A stretch of 64,000 nucleotides of DNA from the NCBI RefSeq assembly GCF_006345805.1, contig NC_042997.1:144088001-144152000 (forward strand), written 5' to 3'. Source of the stretch: Octopus sinensis. Lineage: Eukaryota. How positions within the stretch are numbered: the first letter of the stretch is position 1; each line of letters opens with the position of its first letter. Below, one piece after another: positions 51,547 to 64,000 of the stretch. The translations under genes and the position numbers were made by a program. Under the pieces are notes generated by a model. It was not told the DNA's origin, did no database searches, and saw only the letters and a list, made by a program, of their open reading frames with translations.

Positions 51547-51893
51547 TGAATATAGCGGAGTCAACAAAAAGAAGTACGGTTGAACATTTATTTGCAATCA
51601 CTAAAATTGTTTCTATGCAATGTAGTTCTCCAGGCTTGCAGGTATTTGGTTATGTAATCGTTTCCTTGCATTATGAGATCTAGTTGTGTTTTCTCAGGCG
51701 ATGTATAAATACTGTCTCCATAAGCTCAAATTCTCGGCTTCAAGAGCATCCTATGGAAACCATATTTATATATCGCCCGAATATATATAACCAAATACTG
51801 GCAGGCCTGGAGAACTACGTTGCGTAGAAACAATTGTAGTGATTGCAAATAAATGTTCAACCGTACTGCCTCTTGTCGATTCCGCCTTATTCA
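51547..51893. mobile_element. Inverted-repeat element (about 110-bp arms, about 130-bp spacer): MITE or inverted pLTR pair
   Basis: agtacggttgaacatttatttgcaatcact.. at about 51573 versus ..agtgattgcaaataaatgttcaaccgtact at about 51838; arms contain a hammerhead-like motif. Confidence 0.8.
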
Positions 51894-52508
51894 GTTAACT
51901 ATTCACACACGACAGAAGCCCAAACGCAAATCTGGAAGTATGTATACTACTGCTACTAGATAACAGCGGGCAGAATATGAAGGCGAACGAGCTTTATACT
52001 GTATTCTACTACATTCCTAACTGAATATAACATAACTATAGATATATATATCTTCATATTCGGCAAATGAATTTATTGAATCAATAATGAATATCATCAG
52101 AAGCTGAGCAATTGAGCAGACAACAAACTCACAACAGGATGATGATGATGATGATGATGATGACGACTAACTAACTCACGAACTAACTACCCATCCATCA
52201 GTCTAATGAACTCGTTAAACGACAGCTGAGAGTTCCGCAATTTCTTTCTGAAGAACCGGACAGATGATTTGTTTATAGTGATCGAATATTTGTATTTACG
52301 TAAGCTGACGACCCCCATCAAATTGACATTGCATGTACAGGTACGCAAGTGTACCACACATTAGACCAACGTGAAATGAAGCGTTTTGCTCAAGAACAGA
52401 ATGAGCCACCCAGTCTAGCGATCTTGAGTGTAATATCCTATCCATTAGAGCACGCGCCTTCAGTGATATGCATACATACATTACACACACACACACACAC
52501 ACACACAC

Positions 52509-52584
<76 letters not shown>

Positions 52585-52899
52585 CGGCAAAGATAGACAA
52601 ACAATACCAGGCGTGATGAAGTGAAGGCATTCACGTAGAAAGTTGCGTATGCAATTACACGATGTAATCAAGTCTTATGTTTACAGCTGTTTCGGATAAT
52701 CGATCATTTGTGTAATAACTATGCGTATCATGAAATGAAATCCAGTAACATTTCAGGTGTATGGACTGGCAGGAATTTTGAGAGACCTGTTGAATGAAAT
52801 CATGATATTTTCATCAGAAAACACTGGCAAAAAGCATAGAGAACAGTGCTTAATAAAATTAGAAAGATAGAGAAGAGTAGGCGGGTATAATAATAAATA

Positions 52900-53450
52900 T
52901 AAAAGTAGGCAAAAAAGAGAGGAGGGAGAAGGGTGGGTAACTAAGGAGGGAGTTAGTTATTATAAGACGTCTGTTAACAACACAAGAAATAAAATTTCGC
53001 TATAAAATTTAGAGCTAGCGAAAATGGTTATGCAGGCTAGATCAAGGTTAGCCCAATATCTAAAAAATTTATTAAAGGGAGATGTGATTTAGCCAGTCGA
53101 TTCCAGAAATGCATAGTAGGTGTATAGCAGAACATAAATTATAGCATGCCGGGGACATGTAAGAAGAAGCTAAAAAGAAAAAAGCAAAGACGAAAATTCT
53201 AAAAATGACGCTAACAAGGTATAGAGATGCGCATTGTAAAATGTGTTTTGCCACATCAAGTATAAAGATTAGTATGTGGTAGGGATCGGCAAGAAATATG
53301 ACGGGGAGCTGGGAAGAGAGAGAGGAGAGAGGTAAACACCAACGTGCATGTGCAAAGGACGATAATATCCCTGAACGTAGGAGTCTAGAGGTAGACGGAT
53401 GTATAGGTGGAAGTATGTTAAAAATGAAGGAGTAGAGAGGAAAACAGGGG
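52900..53450 (-). mobile_element. Possible highly decayed LINE C-terminal fragment
   Basis: Strong purine/pyrimidine asymmetry; KHILQCASLY resembles the H..C part of a LINE CCHC finger. Confidence 0.25.
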
Positions 53451-53559
53451 TTCAGTCAGAAGATAATGATTTATAGTAAAAGGAAAAAGTTTTGTAATAA
53501 CGACGATAACGTTAGGTAATTACTGCAGAGAAGTGATTAAGGAGAATATGTGACCAAAA

Positions 53560-53870
53560 GATCTTATGTGTAGCCAGCTCTATGATGGAAGGGAAAGCAT
53601 AGAAAGATCGTGGCTAAAGCACAGGGATAAGCTAAAAGCTAACCTGAAAGTGACAGATTCCCGCGAAAACGTTTGTAAAAACAGTATGGAATCGTAACAA
53701 ACGGACATTACCTTGCTATAAAGCTATAAAGAACAATAAATTGAGCCGTCTGGATCATCTTAAAGAACTGAGCGCAAAGACAATGCTTCGAGCCAACATG
53801 CCAGCCGCTTCGTATCACAAATCTTTCTTGTGTTCAATCTGTGAACTTGTCTGCAAATTGTAGACTGGAT
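53560..53870 (+). mobile_element. RTE-clade LINE 3' end, decayed
   Basis: DKLKANLK..; FLCSICELVCKL*TGLL..RHRH zinc-finger remnant. Confidence 0.55.
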
Positions 53871-54481
53871 TACTGCCCAGTAAGAGACATAGACATCAGA
53901 GCAGAAACAAAAGAAAATACACAGGGCCCTTTAGTGGGTAATGTGACAATATAGCTCCTCCAACAATAGGGTAGAAAAATTTGTAGCTTTTTAACCAAGG
54001 AACAGGTAGGTCACTTCAGGTTGTATCCTACACCACATTATGTACGTTCATGGTTGTGACTTAGAAAATCCCATAATATAATAGTTATCTGCTATAAGAT
54101 AAACGGTTAATATTTTTAAAGCATAGATAAATCATATGATATATAATCATTTATGTTTATGCATAATCCAAATGATAAGAAGAAGACAAAGAAAATTCTT
54201 TAACACATCTTAAATGATTCGTTACAATTATTTCTGTACCAAATCTTATTTGCAACGCAAGTTTACACAAAAATTAAAAGTGGAAATTTACGTAATGTTT
54301 ACAGTTTTCGACATTAGAGAGGCACTTCATCAGACTTGCATCAAAGGTGTGCTGTCACATTTATGCATATATTTATATGCGCACGCACATGCACACACAC
54401 ATGTATATATGTGTGTATCTATCTGTCTATATATATATTATTGAAGTAGATAATGAATTATCTTATTACGGATTATTCAAA

Positions 54482-54529
<48 letters not shown>

Positions 54530-54780
54530 CATGTGTGTGTATATACACATGGACACACACACTACATTCACACATACTCACAGACAAACACATACACACA
54601 TATACACATACACACGCACGTACACACACAAACATATGTATATTTCTAGATAACTGTTGTCTCCTTTATTCGGGATTACTACGGTTACACACTCTCTACG
54701 TCTGCTACCGCATCTTCTCCAATGAATTTGAAATTTATAAAACTCAGAGTTTGCCACAGGATGGTAAAATTCCTAACATA

Positions 54781-54944
54781 TAGGCGCAGGAGTGGCTGTG
54801 TGGTAAGTAGCTTGCTTACTAACCACATGGTTCTGGGTTCAGTCCCACTGCGTAGCACCTTGGGCAAGTGTCTTCTGGTATAGCCTAGGGCTGACCAAAG
54901 CCTTGTGAGTAGATTTGGTAGATGGAAACTGAAAGAAGCCCGTC

Positions 54945-54976
<32 letters not shown>

Positions 54977-55321
54977 GACCACCTCTGTCCAGACATCATC
55001 ATGATTGACCGCTAGTCACTAAATCTTTTTGTAAACTCTCTTTGTTTATTTTCTTGCGTTCCTTTCTGTTGAAGAGCGTAGATTCGAAACGTAAAAGACT
55101 TTCTCACCTTCCCGAGTGTTATACTAATACACGTGTTTGTTAGTTAGTTAGTTAGTTAATTTGTTGGCTCAAAAGCAAAAAGCAAGGCTATATAGGGGGA
55201 CATGGAGTTATGTACAGGGTGGTGTTCATGTTTACACACCTGTCTTCGTCTTTTGTTTTTTGTTAATTCCAACTATATGTGTGTGTGTGTGTTTGTTTGT
55301 TTGTTTGTGTGTGTGTGTGTG

Positions 55322-55366
<45 letters not shown>

Positions 55367-55575
55367 GTGTGTTGTGTGTTGTGTGGTGTGTGTGTGTGGT
55401 GTGGTGTGTGTGTGTGTGTATGTGTGTGTGTGTTTAATTTTTTACCGCAGCATCGCTTGACAACGAATGCTGGTGTCTTTACGTCCCCGAAAAATTAGCG
55501 GTTCGGCAAAAGAGACAGATAGAATAAGTACTAGGTTTACAAAGAATAAGTCCTGGGGTCGATTTGCTCGAATAA
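54781..55575 (+). mobile_element. SINE family B with a pLTR fragment (about 54975-55140) inserted in its central microsatellite
   Basis: Head aggcgcaggagtggctgtgtggtaag; 3' half resumes at about 55445; insert has cctttctgttgaagagcgtagattcGAAACGTAaaag (decayed hammerhead). Confidence 0.82.
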
Positions 55576-55779
55576 AAGAATATCTGACAGCATTTTGTCT
55601 AGTCTAGCACCGTTTCCACAAATGGTTGCACGTGTTGCTTTCTTTAAATCCTCTCTGTTGATCGGTTCAATATTTCAAGTGCAGTAGTTTGGTTGATAAT
55701 CGGTTCCAAGTTGGAAATAGCTTCTGGAATATTAAATGAATTTTCAAAGAACATTGTTTTGCACCTGTGCAAAATTCTT

Positions 55780-56290
55780 TACTCAAATGTTATTCACAAT
55801 CCCGAGGACAAAGAAGAAGGAAATCCATAGAATTTCATTCCAAATTTTCAGTCTCGCTTCAGACTCTCCTAGAGAGTCTGTATTGATGCCTACCGGTCGT
55901 TAATACACAATCTTTTGTAACTTTTGTGGTCTTTTCTAAAGCACTTGTTTGTATAAACAGATGCCTTAAATTTCTATGAAATAATGTATTTGTTAATGTT
56001 ATTATATTGTTGTACACAGTGAGTAATATTTATCTGCATACTACTTCTGGCAACAATAACGAATATGAGACATCTTCAGGCGAAATTCAGGGAAAGCACA
56101 CTTGCTCCTCAAGTTTTCATAAGTGTTGTGGATAATGTAATGTGTATATTAGAGCAAGACAATGGCTACATTGTCGGGAAAAGGCAATCCAATGGAATAT
56201 TCGCCGCAAAGCTTACTGTATTAGCTTTTGCTGAAGATATTTCAATTTTAAGCAATAAACCAGTTAACAGTTTAAACATAACTAGAAAAT
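55780..56290 (+). mobile_element. RTE-X-like reverse transcriptase fragment, decayed
   Basis: FVVFSKAL..NR, TLAPQVFISVVDNVM, LTVLAFAEDISILSN (FADD-equivalent). Confidence 0.65.
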
Positions 56291-56419
56291 TTTAAACTGC
56301 ATTTATATATCTGTATGCATGTGTATGCGTGTGCGTGCATGTACATATGTGTGTGTGCGTGCGTACGTTTGTGTGTGGGTGTGTACGTATGTATGTATAT
56401 ATGTATGCATATATCAGAA

Positions 56420-56535
56420 ACAATGTACGAAAATTGGGGAAAGGGCATAGTCAGTTACTTCGACCCAAGTACATAACTGGTGCTTATTTTATCGACTCCG
56501 AAAAGATGAAAGGCAAAGTCGATCCCAGCAGAATT
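56420..56535 (-). mobile_element. SINE family A 3' half
   Basis: ttattttatcgactccgaaaagatgaaaggcaaagtcga. Confidence 0.75.
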
Positions 56536-56548
56536 TTAAAATAATAAT

Positions 56549-56885
56549 GCGACATAGCATGCCCCGGTGAAGGAAGAAGAAAAAATAAACAACTGTGACG
56601 ATTTAAAGTGGGAAATACGAAGGTTGTGGTCAATGAAGAAAGTAGATGTGATATCAATAGTAATTGGTGCACTTGGAAGTATCAGCACTCAACTACCAAC
56701 ATGGCTGAAAAAGATTGGTACAAGTGTACAAGTAGAACACCTACAAAAATAAACATTGCTTGGAACTGCAAGAATTCTTCGCAGGGTTCTTGAAGCATGA
56801 CCAGTAAACAAGTGTCACCTTAGTCTGCTGGTTGTGGACAGCTGACACTTTACATCATACTCAGCAAAATAAGCTGCGTTTTCAT
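56549..56885 (+). mobile_element. R4/Dong LINE 3' end flanked by AAT repeats
   Basis: DIACPG..EEEKIN..DLKWEIRRLWSMKKVDVISIVIGALG..LLGTARILRRVLEA; (aat)3 before and an AAT/AAC tract after. Confidence 0.88.
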
Positions 56886-56926
56886 ATAATAATAACAACA
56901 ACAACAAAAACAAAAACAACAACAAC

Positions 56927-56959
<33 letters not shown>

Positions 56960-56991
56960 TATGATAATAATTATGATAATAATAATGATAA

Positions 56992-57403
56992 TACCAAGTA
57001 AAGTTATGCAGGAGGATGGAAATGTATCGATACTCTGGGACTATGATTTTCAGACGGATCGTGTAATTGAACACCGTCGGCCGGATATTTTCATATTGAA
57101 TAAGAGAGACAAATACTGTCAGATTATTGATGTAGCCATACCAAATGACATAAATGTTGTGAGTAAAGAGGTTGAAAAAACTACCAAGTACTCCGAATTG
57201 AAAGTGGAAATGGCAAGACAGTATAGAATGCGAGAGGGTAATGTAAAAGTGATAGCAGTGGCTCAATCCCATTGAAACCTCAAATATTCTTAAGGCAACT
57301 GGAAATCCCATGCAAGATTGATGTTTTGTAAAAAGCAGACTTATTGGGCACAGTGCACATCTTTAGGAAAGTATTATCTGTCTGAGGTCCTTGTGTTACG
57401 AAG

Positions 57404-57405
<2 letters not shown>
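56992..57405 (+). mobile_element. R4/Dong LINE 3' end (REL endonuclease) flanked by AAT repeats
   Basis: ILWDYDFQTDRVIEHRRPDIFIL..IIDVAIPND..KEVEKTTKYSELK (PD..D..K motif); (AAT)n at 57406-57505. Confidence 0.9.
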
Positions 57406-57480
<75 letters not shown>

Positions 57481-58209
57481 GTAATAATAATAATAATATA
57501 AATAATGATGTTAAAGTTTATAAAAGGAATTAAAACTGGGATATTAAACAGTTGTTACACCGAATTGAGCGTTCCTGTTTGAAAAGCAAGAGTGGGAAGC
57601 TCTGGATAACGACGGTGAAAAGTCTCAATGTCTATTACAGATATTCAGAACCGTTTGAACGTCTAAAACGTTAGTACCAGTTAACTACTGAGGCCTATAT
57701 AATCGCCTGAATCTTTGACTAAAAATCCTCGCTTTGTGTTTATTTACACAATCTGCTAAATATCATGTCTTAGGTATCCTAAATTACACTGTATTCTATA
57801 GAAATATATGAAGGGATGCTTTAAGGGTCTCGCGAAAATCCTGGCTGGAGGCCCAACCTTCCGTGTTCTTTTACAGGGCTTAGAAAAACTGAAGGATCGC
57901 TGAAATAAATGTATGAATTGAGAGGGGAATATTTTGAATAAAATCATAATTAAATGATCGTCCTGTATTTTCTTTTACCCAAAGCCAGAAACTTTTCTGC
58001 ACAACCTCGTATACTGTCTAATTAACTTTGAAGTCGACCAACGAATTATATGCATATCAGCAAAACAGTTAATGATCTATGGATGTATATAGAAAGATAG
58101 ACTGCAGGCACAACTGGAATTTTCCGTTACCTTCGGTTCGAAGGCCTTTCCCGATTACTCATAATCCTTATGCAGTGATGGTCACCAAATATGAAATTTA
58201 TATAGATAG

Positions 58210-58430
58210 TCGCAGCTGTGGCTGTGTGGTAAAAGGCTTGCTTCCCAACCACATGGTTCCGGGTTCATTCACACTGCGTGGCACCTTGGACGAGTGTCTT
58301 CTACTATAGTCTCGGGCCGATCAAAGCCTTGTGAAATTGAAAGAAGCCTGTCGTATATGAGTGTGTGTGTTTGTACTTCTGCCATCGCTTGACAACTGGT
58401 GTGTTTATGTATTATGACTTAGCGGTACAT
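58210..58430 (+). mobile_element. SINE family B, degraded
   Basis: gctgtggctgtgtggtaaaaggcttgcttcccaaccacatggttccgggttc. Confidence 0.85.
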
Positions 58431-60104
58431 GAATGCAAAAAAAAAGACGTTCTGGACTATCAGTGTCTGGAAAGTAGTTGTTGTACTTGTACTAGTTCCC
58501 AAAATAAACGAAGAAAGTAGAGCGCATCTTCTGACGAGCAAACAACCATCCCCGAAACAGATCTATATGAAGATTCCCGATGAATTATGTTAATTTAAGA
58601 GAACAATTGAATATATCAATATCCGCTTCACATTTTACTGCTAAAAGGCGTTCAATTAAATAACTGAAGATTTATATATATTATATTGATATTTGTTTTA
58701 GGTATATGTGTGTGTATGTGTGTGTGTGTGTGCGTATGTGTGCGCCCGCGTGTGTAACTTAAACCGCTATTTGACATTTCTTCTCAATTTTCTAACGTGT
58801 ACAGCCGAGCAAAATACTAAGTGTCATGTTTATAGACATGTACACTTTAAATATAGTTAAAACATACACACACACACACACACACCACTACCACCACATC
58901 ACACCACACCACACCACACAAAACCACACTCGCATCACAGACACATATATACATATGTGGGCGTGCCTGGATGTTGTATGTATTATGTATGTGTGAGTGT
59001 ATCTGTGTCTGTGTGGGTGTATGTGTGTGAGAGTGTGTGTGGGTGTATGTATGAGTGTATGTTGTGTGTGTGTGTATGTGTGTGTGTGTGTGTGTGTGTG
59101 CATACATTTCGTTATTTTCTTTGATCGGGCGATCTACTGGCGCAAATCAGTCAACGTTGTTGACTAAATTTTACATAAAGCTCTTGCTTTATACGTTCCT
59201 TCAGAGTTGCCTCTCTTAGGTACATCTCATTGACAAGAATCAATAAACTCGAAAGAGCGATGTCTGGTATTCTTGATAGATGACGACACTAAACGAATCG
59301 GGAGTTTTCATACCATTTTTTTACCATAAGAGAACTATTTTCTTCACGTTAACTGCAATGTATTTGCCTTTTAGCAGTCGAAATATGTAACAAACATATT
59401 TTAACTAACCTAAATTTTGCATATATATATATATGTATATGTATGTATATGTATGTATATGCATGTATATATATATATTATATATATATAATATATATAG
59501 TATATATATATATATATTATATGTATATATATACATATATATATCTGTCTGTCTGTCTGTCTGTATGTATATGTATGCATAATGTATGTATATATATATA
59601 TACTTGGTGTCATAATAAATAAATACTCAGTGTTTAGACTCACTGAGAAATTACCCACCATGAGGTCCATTCAGGCAGCTTCCTGGCTTGAGAATTGAGA
59701 AATTGTTTTGCCCGACCGATATTATTTTTATTACTCAACCCAGCAGGGATTGCCTACTTCAACTTCCCAAGAAACCTCGTGACAGTAGTGTAAAGCTATT
59801 TATTATGATGTAAATCAGATTCTGCCAACACACAAATTCATTTATTTAATGGTACAATCATACAATGTTGAAAGCCTGACAAAATTTACTAGAATGCAAA
59901 TGCAGCGTAATGTATGAATATATATATTTATATACACACATACATACATACATACATACAAACATACATACATACATGTACATACACACATGCATACATA
60001 CATGCATACATGTATATACATACATGTACATACATACTTACATACATACATACATACATTCATATATACATACATATATACACATACATACATACAAAAA
60101 CACT

Positions 60105-60215
60105 CTGGTTTTTAAATTCTAATGACGGAGCTTTGGATGTAAGTTAGAAACCGGCTCCTTCTCTATTGGAAAGAAATCTTGAAATAAAACTGAAAAGTGC
60201 CATACATACATACAT
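60105..60215 (+). mobile_element. Family F repeat bounded by (ACAT)n
   Basis: gttagaaaccggctcc..aagaaatcttgaaataaaactgaa..catacatac; reverse complement of the 13745-13870 type. Confidence 0.75.
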
Positions 60216-60616
60216 ATATACAGACAGACAGACAAACAGGCATACAGAGAGACAGAGTCATTCTTGATTAGTTAGAATCGCCGTGAATTTACGTATGATA
60301 GCAAAAAATAGTCGAGTCGATCGTCATCGTAATCTACCAAAAAGAACCACTTGGTATCTAGTTACGCAGCGAAATTAAATGCGCATAGACATGGTGTATG
60401 TGCGTGCGTGCGTGTGTGTGTGTGTGTGGTGTGTGTGTGTGTGGTGTGTGTGTGTGTGTGTGTGTGTGTTTGGTATGTGTGTTTTCACTTTAAGTCACAA
60501 AGTAGGTTTGTATTTGATGGTGTTTACGTAACTAATAGTTTCCATAGCAAGAAGAGAATTCTTAGAAATGCAAAAATTTGCATATATATGAGACAATTCA
60601 AAAGCACTGGAAACAA

Positions 60617-60698
<82 letters not shown>

Positions 60699-60733
60699 CC
60701 TATATATCTATCTATCTATCTATCTATCTCTCA

Positions 60734-60773
<40 letters not shown>

Positions 60774-60779
60774 GTTTGT

Positions 60780-60823
60780 CTGTCCGACGAACGGGAACGT
60801 GAAACTCCGAGTAACAGCTTTTG
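60780..60823 (+). ncRNA. Minimal hammerhead motif, second copy of the CCGACGA family
   Basis: CTGT-CCGACGA-ACG-GGAA-CGT-GAAA-CTC-C-GAG-TA-ACAG; differs from 22844 only in the two loops. Confidence 0.72.
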
Positions 60824-60959
60824 TTAAATTTCTGCTGCTTTTAAATAAAGTATATATATGTGTGTGTGTGTATGGTAGTGGTTAAGAGCGCGGGCTACTA
60901 ACACCAAGATACCGAGTTCGATTCCAAGCAGTGACCTAAACAAGAATAAAAATAATAAT

Positions 60960-61105
60960 AATATCGAAAGCTATCTTAGGAATGAGAACCCACGTTCGAA
61001 ATTTCCACAAGAAGAAGGCTGGTGGGTATATCAGCCGAAACGCTGTGTTAACAACAAACAAGATGCGGACAAATATCCTTCGAATGTAAGTAATGTAAAT
61101 AAATT
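60960..61105 (+). mobile_element. Penelope-like pLTR fragment, hammerhead core damaged
   Basis: ggctg-gtgggtatat-cagcc-GAAACG stem II retained; same family as 16990-17150. Confidence 0.6.
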
Positions 61106-61107
61106 TT

Positions 61108-61270
61108 AGGCGCAGGAGTGGCTTTGTGGTAAGTAGCTTGCTTAGCAACTACATGGTTTCGGGTTCAGTCCCACCGCGTGGCACCTTGGGCAAGTGTCTT
61201 CTACTATAGCCTCGGGCCGACCAAAGCCTTGTGAGTGGATTTCGTAGACAGAAACTGAAAGAAGTCCGTC

Positions 61271-61320
<50 letters not shown>

Positions 61321-61600
61321 GTGTGTGTGTGTGTGTATGTGTGTGTGTGTATTTGTGTGTGTATGTGTGTGTGCGTGTGTGCGTGTGTGTGTGTGTGTTT
61401 GTGTGTGTGTGTTTGTTCCTCAACATCGCTTGACAACCGATGCTGGTGTGTTTACGTCCTCGTAAATTAGCGGTTCGGCAAGAGAGACCGATAAAATAAG
61501 TACCAAGCTTAAAAAGAATAAGTCCTGGGGTAGATTTGCTCGACAAAAGGCGCCGCTCCAGCACGGCTGCAGTCAAATGACTGAAACAAATGAAAGAAAA
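61108..61600 (+). mobile_element. SINE family B, full length
   Basis: Head, B box ggttcagtccc, (GT)n centre, tail gactgaaacaaat. Confidence 0.93.
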
Positions 61601-61680
61601 AGAAAAGAAAAGAAAGAATATATATATACATACATACATACATACATATATATATATATCTATAATTATACATACATATA

Positions 61681-61722
<42 letters not shown>

Positions 61723-61748
61723 TATCCATCTATCCATCCATCCATCCG

Positions 61749-61812
<64 letters not shown>

Positions 61813-61854
61813 CTATCTATCTATATCTATCTATCTATCTTCCTTTATCCTCTT

Positions 61855-62097
61855 AGTATTTCAGTCATTTGGCGGCAGCTATGATGGAGCACCACCTTAA
61901 ACAGTTTTAGTCGAAATAACTCGACTCCAGGACTTATTCTTTGTAAGCTTAGTTCTTATTTTATCGGTCTCTTTTGCCGAAGCACTAGATTACAGGGCCA
62001 TAAACACACTAACATCAGTTGTCAAGCGAAGGCGGGTGGACAAATACATACACACACGCCCGCCCGCCCGCCCGCGCACACGCACACACGCACACAC

Positions 62098-62132
<35 letters not shown>

Positions 62133-62235
62133 CGGGCTTCCTTCAGTTTCCGTCCACCAAATCTACTGACAAGGCTTTGGTCGACCCGAGGTTATAATAG
62201 AAGACACTTAGCCAGTGAAACTGAACCTAGAACCA
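61855..62235 (-). mobile_element. SINE family B
   Basis: Reverse-complement copy facing 61108-61600. Confidence 0.85.
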
Positions 62236-62284
62236 TACATACATACATACATACATACATACATACATACATGTACACACAAAT

Positions 62285-63185
62285 AGCCATATAAAATCCT
62301 ATATAGGCGCCACGAAAAACCAAATGATACTTAGGTACAACGCAAACCAATCTAACTTCAGAAATAGGAGTAAGGTAAATTCAACAGGGTTTAGTAGCTA
62401 TATCTGGGAGTTTAAGGACAAAAAAATAAAGAATATAGATTAGAATGGCGCATACTCTCAAAAACAAGTTCTTACATCTCTCTCTGTTTAACCGAACGCC
62501 TGGAAATTCTAACGGGCTACACCGCCTCTTCTTAATAGAAAATATGAGAATAGTAATTTTTAATCTACATATAGTCCTATTCGTCTTTTCCAAGTATCGG
62601 TAAACCCGCTTGACCCTGTACAAATCATACGCTAGCTTCTTCATCTAAATCATCCCATTTAGCCAGGAACCACTTAAACTACTTACACGCAAACATTCAC
62701 CTTCCAACTCCCACTCGCTTTACACACCCCATGATAAATTATTTTACACCTACACTGGGCTTCCTCCATTACTATGAACTTCCTACAATTTTAAGTCCAA
62801 TAGACACATAAATTCCTTACTCACCCTGGACTGACAAATCCAGGTAGAGTTAGCCCCCTTTTTACCATGAGTTAGAGTCAACCCCTTTTCTTTACACCGC
62901 CGGTGAAAAGTCTAGCCAGAATAAACACGTGGAAAATATGCGCTTACTTAAACTTGGATCTACAGATCAAAATAACTTCCATCTTACATCCACTTTGCAG
63001 TAGAATTATCAAATAAGAAATCTACTATAATGTAAGACTCACCATTCTTTGTCTTTATTCTCGTTACCAATGATCCCTATGTCTTTCGCCCTTCTTACTT
63101 CTACAAATGACTATGCATTCTGATGATGTCTACCACTAAAACTGGTAAACAGAAACGATCGTAAATGTATTATTATAGTTATTAA
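62285..63185 (+). mobile_element. Second Naiad-type Penelope-like remnant (GIY-YIG C-terminus plus pLTR)
   Basis: KSYIGATKNQMILRYNANQSNFRNRSK.NSTGFSSYIWEFKDK, then (frameshift) LEWRILSK..SLCLTERLEIL. Confidence 0.78.
63114..63169 (+). ncRNA. Type-I hammerhead ribozyme with intact canonical core
   Basis: Stem I TGCATT/AATGTA, CTGATGA (63120-63126), stem II TGTcTACCA/TGGTAaACA, GAAA, palindromic stem III ACGATCGT, GUA triplet (cleavage predicted after 63163). Confidence 0.82.
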
Positions 63186-63257
63186 TCAATTAAATTAATG
63201 GCTTACTAGCGCAAACAACCAACTTCGTCCTGTTATTTTTCCTCCATCTCTTCTTGC

Positions 63258-63298
<41 letters not shown>

Positions 63299-63348
63299 TG
63301 TATGTATGTATGTATGTATATATATATGTATATATATATGTATGTATG

Positions 63349-63404
<56 letters not shown>

Positions 63405-63521
63405 CAAGCAAATATTTGTTGTTTATTAGAAGCATCAAAATATATATTGTACAATACAAATAAGATGATGTTTTTGGAACGATGGGTTGCCGTTAGAACA
63501 GCAGAAATATTGAATAAACTA

Positions 63522-63760
63522 CCCTTATAAGGCGGAAAAATTTGTCAGCAACCAGTCATGGCACTCGAACACATATCCTTCAAAGACTCCGGATGAGTGC
63601 TTTACTATTAAGCTAAACTGCCCGCTGACTAATTCCATCGCCGAATTAGATGCTAAATATTTTAGCTTTATAGAACAACTATGTGTGTATAAATGTATGT
63701 ACACAAGGTTGTTCGAGTCCCATGGGTGATTGTTGACGAATTTTTTCCGCTTTGTAAGGG
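63522..63760. mobile_element. MITE with about 48-bp imperfect TIRs and TA TSD
   Basis: TA|cccttataaggcggaaaaatttgtcagcaacc.. versus ..gattgttgacgaattttttccgctttgtaaggg|TA. Confidence 0.78.
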
Positions 63761-63841
63761 TAATTAACCCAGTATTTCTGCTGTTCTAACAGCAGCTCTA
63801 CGTTTGAAAAAATACCATCATATTTGTGTCATATGTATATG

Positions 63842-63869
<28 letters not shown>

Positions 63870-63872
<3 letters not shown>

Positions 63873-64000
63873 AATCAAAATAAGCAACAAGTATATCCAA
63901 GGTAGAGTAGTACAATTGTTTCATGCTACTTCATTTTATTAAACACTGTAAGTATTACATCAGTATTAAAATGTCGAGCAATCTTCAGCCACTTATAGAA
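63870..64000 (-). mobile_element. Probable pLTR remnant after (TA)n, running off the window
   Basis: Minus strand GAAACAATTGTA motif shared with 15540-15730. Confidence 0.35.

Noticed and set aside
54295-54340. Minus-strand CTGATGA..GAAA motif
   Set aside because: Stems I and II do not pair; likely chance

Overview
AT-rich eukaryotic, non-genic (intergenic or intronic) DNA dominated by microsatellites and transposon debris. The repeat landscape (tRNA-derived SINEs, (TA)n/(AAT)n/(ACAT)n/(ATCT)n tracts) suggests an octopus (coleoid cephalopod) genome; this is inference from recalled repeat families, not a search. No host protein-coding gene, rRNA, tRNA gene or CRISPR array can be supported, and most ORFs in the track are microsatellite read-throughs or TE antisense frames. 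Recognisable elements: R4/Dong-clade LINE remnants tied to (AAT)n; CR1-group LINEs, including a 3.4-kb copy with ORF1 end, APE and RT; Tx1-like, RTE and RTE-X-like fragments; two Naiad-type Penelope-like (GIY-YIG) remnants; mariner copies and MITEs; a Helitron and a Helentron-like element; about 30 SINE copies. The most notable observations are: (i) at least five well-formed and several decayed minimal type-I hammerhead ribozyme motifs from several unrelated Penelope-like pLTR families, including one with a fully canonical core at 63114-63169 and a family with a CCGANG core variant; (ii) several foldback/palindromic structures whose arms are far younger than the elements they copy; (iii) non-coding mobile elements bounded on both sides by one specific microsatellite (AAT or ACAT). 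Coordinates were read by eye and TE boundaries are approximate to about 10-20 bp unless a TSD is given.
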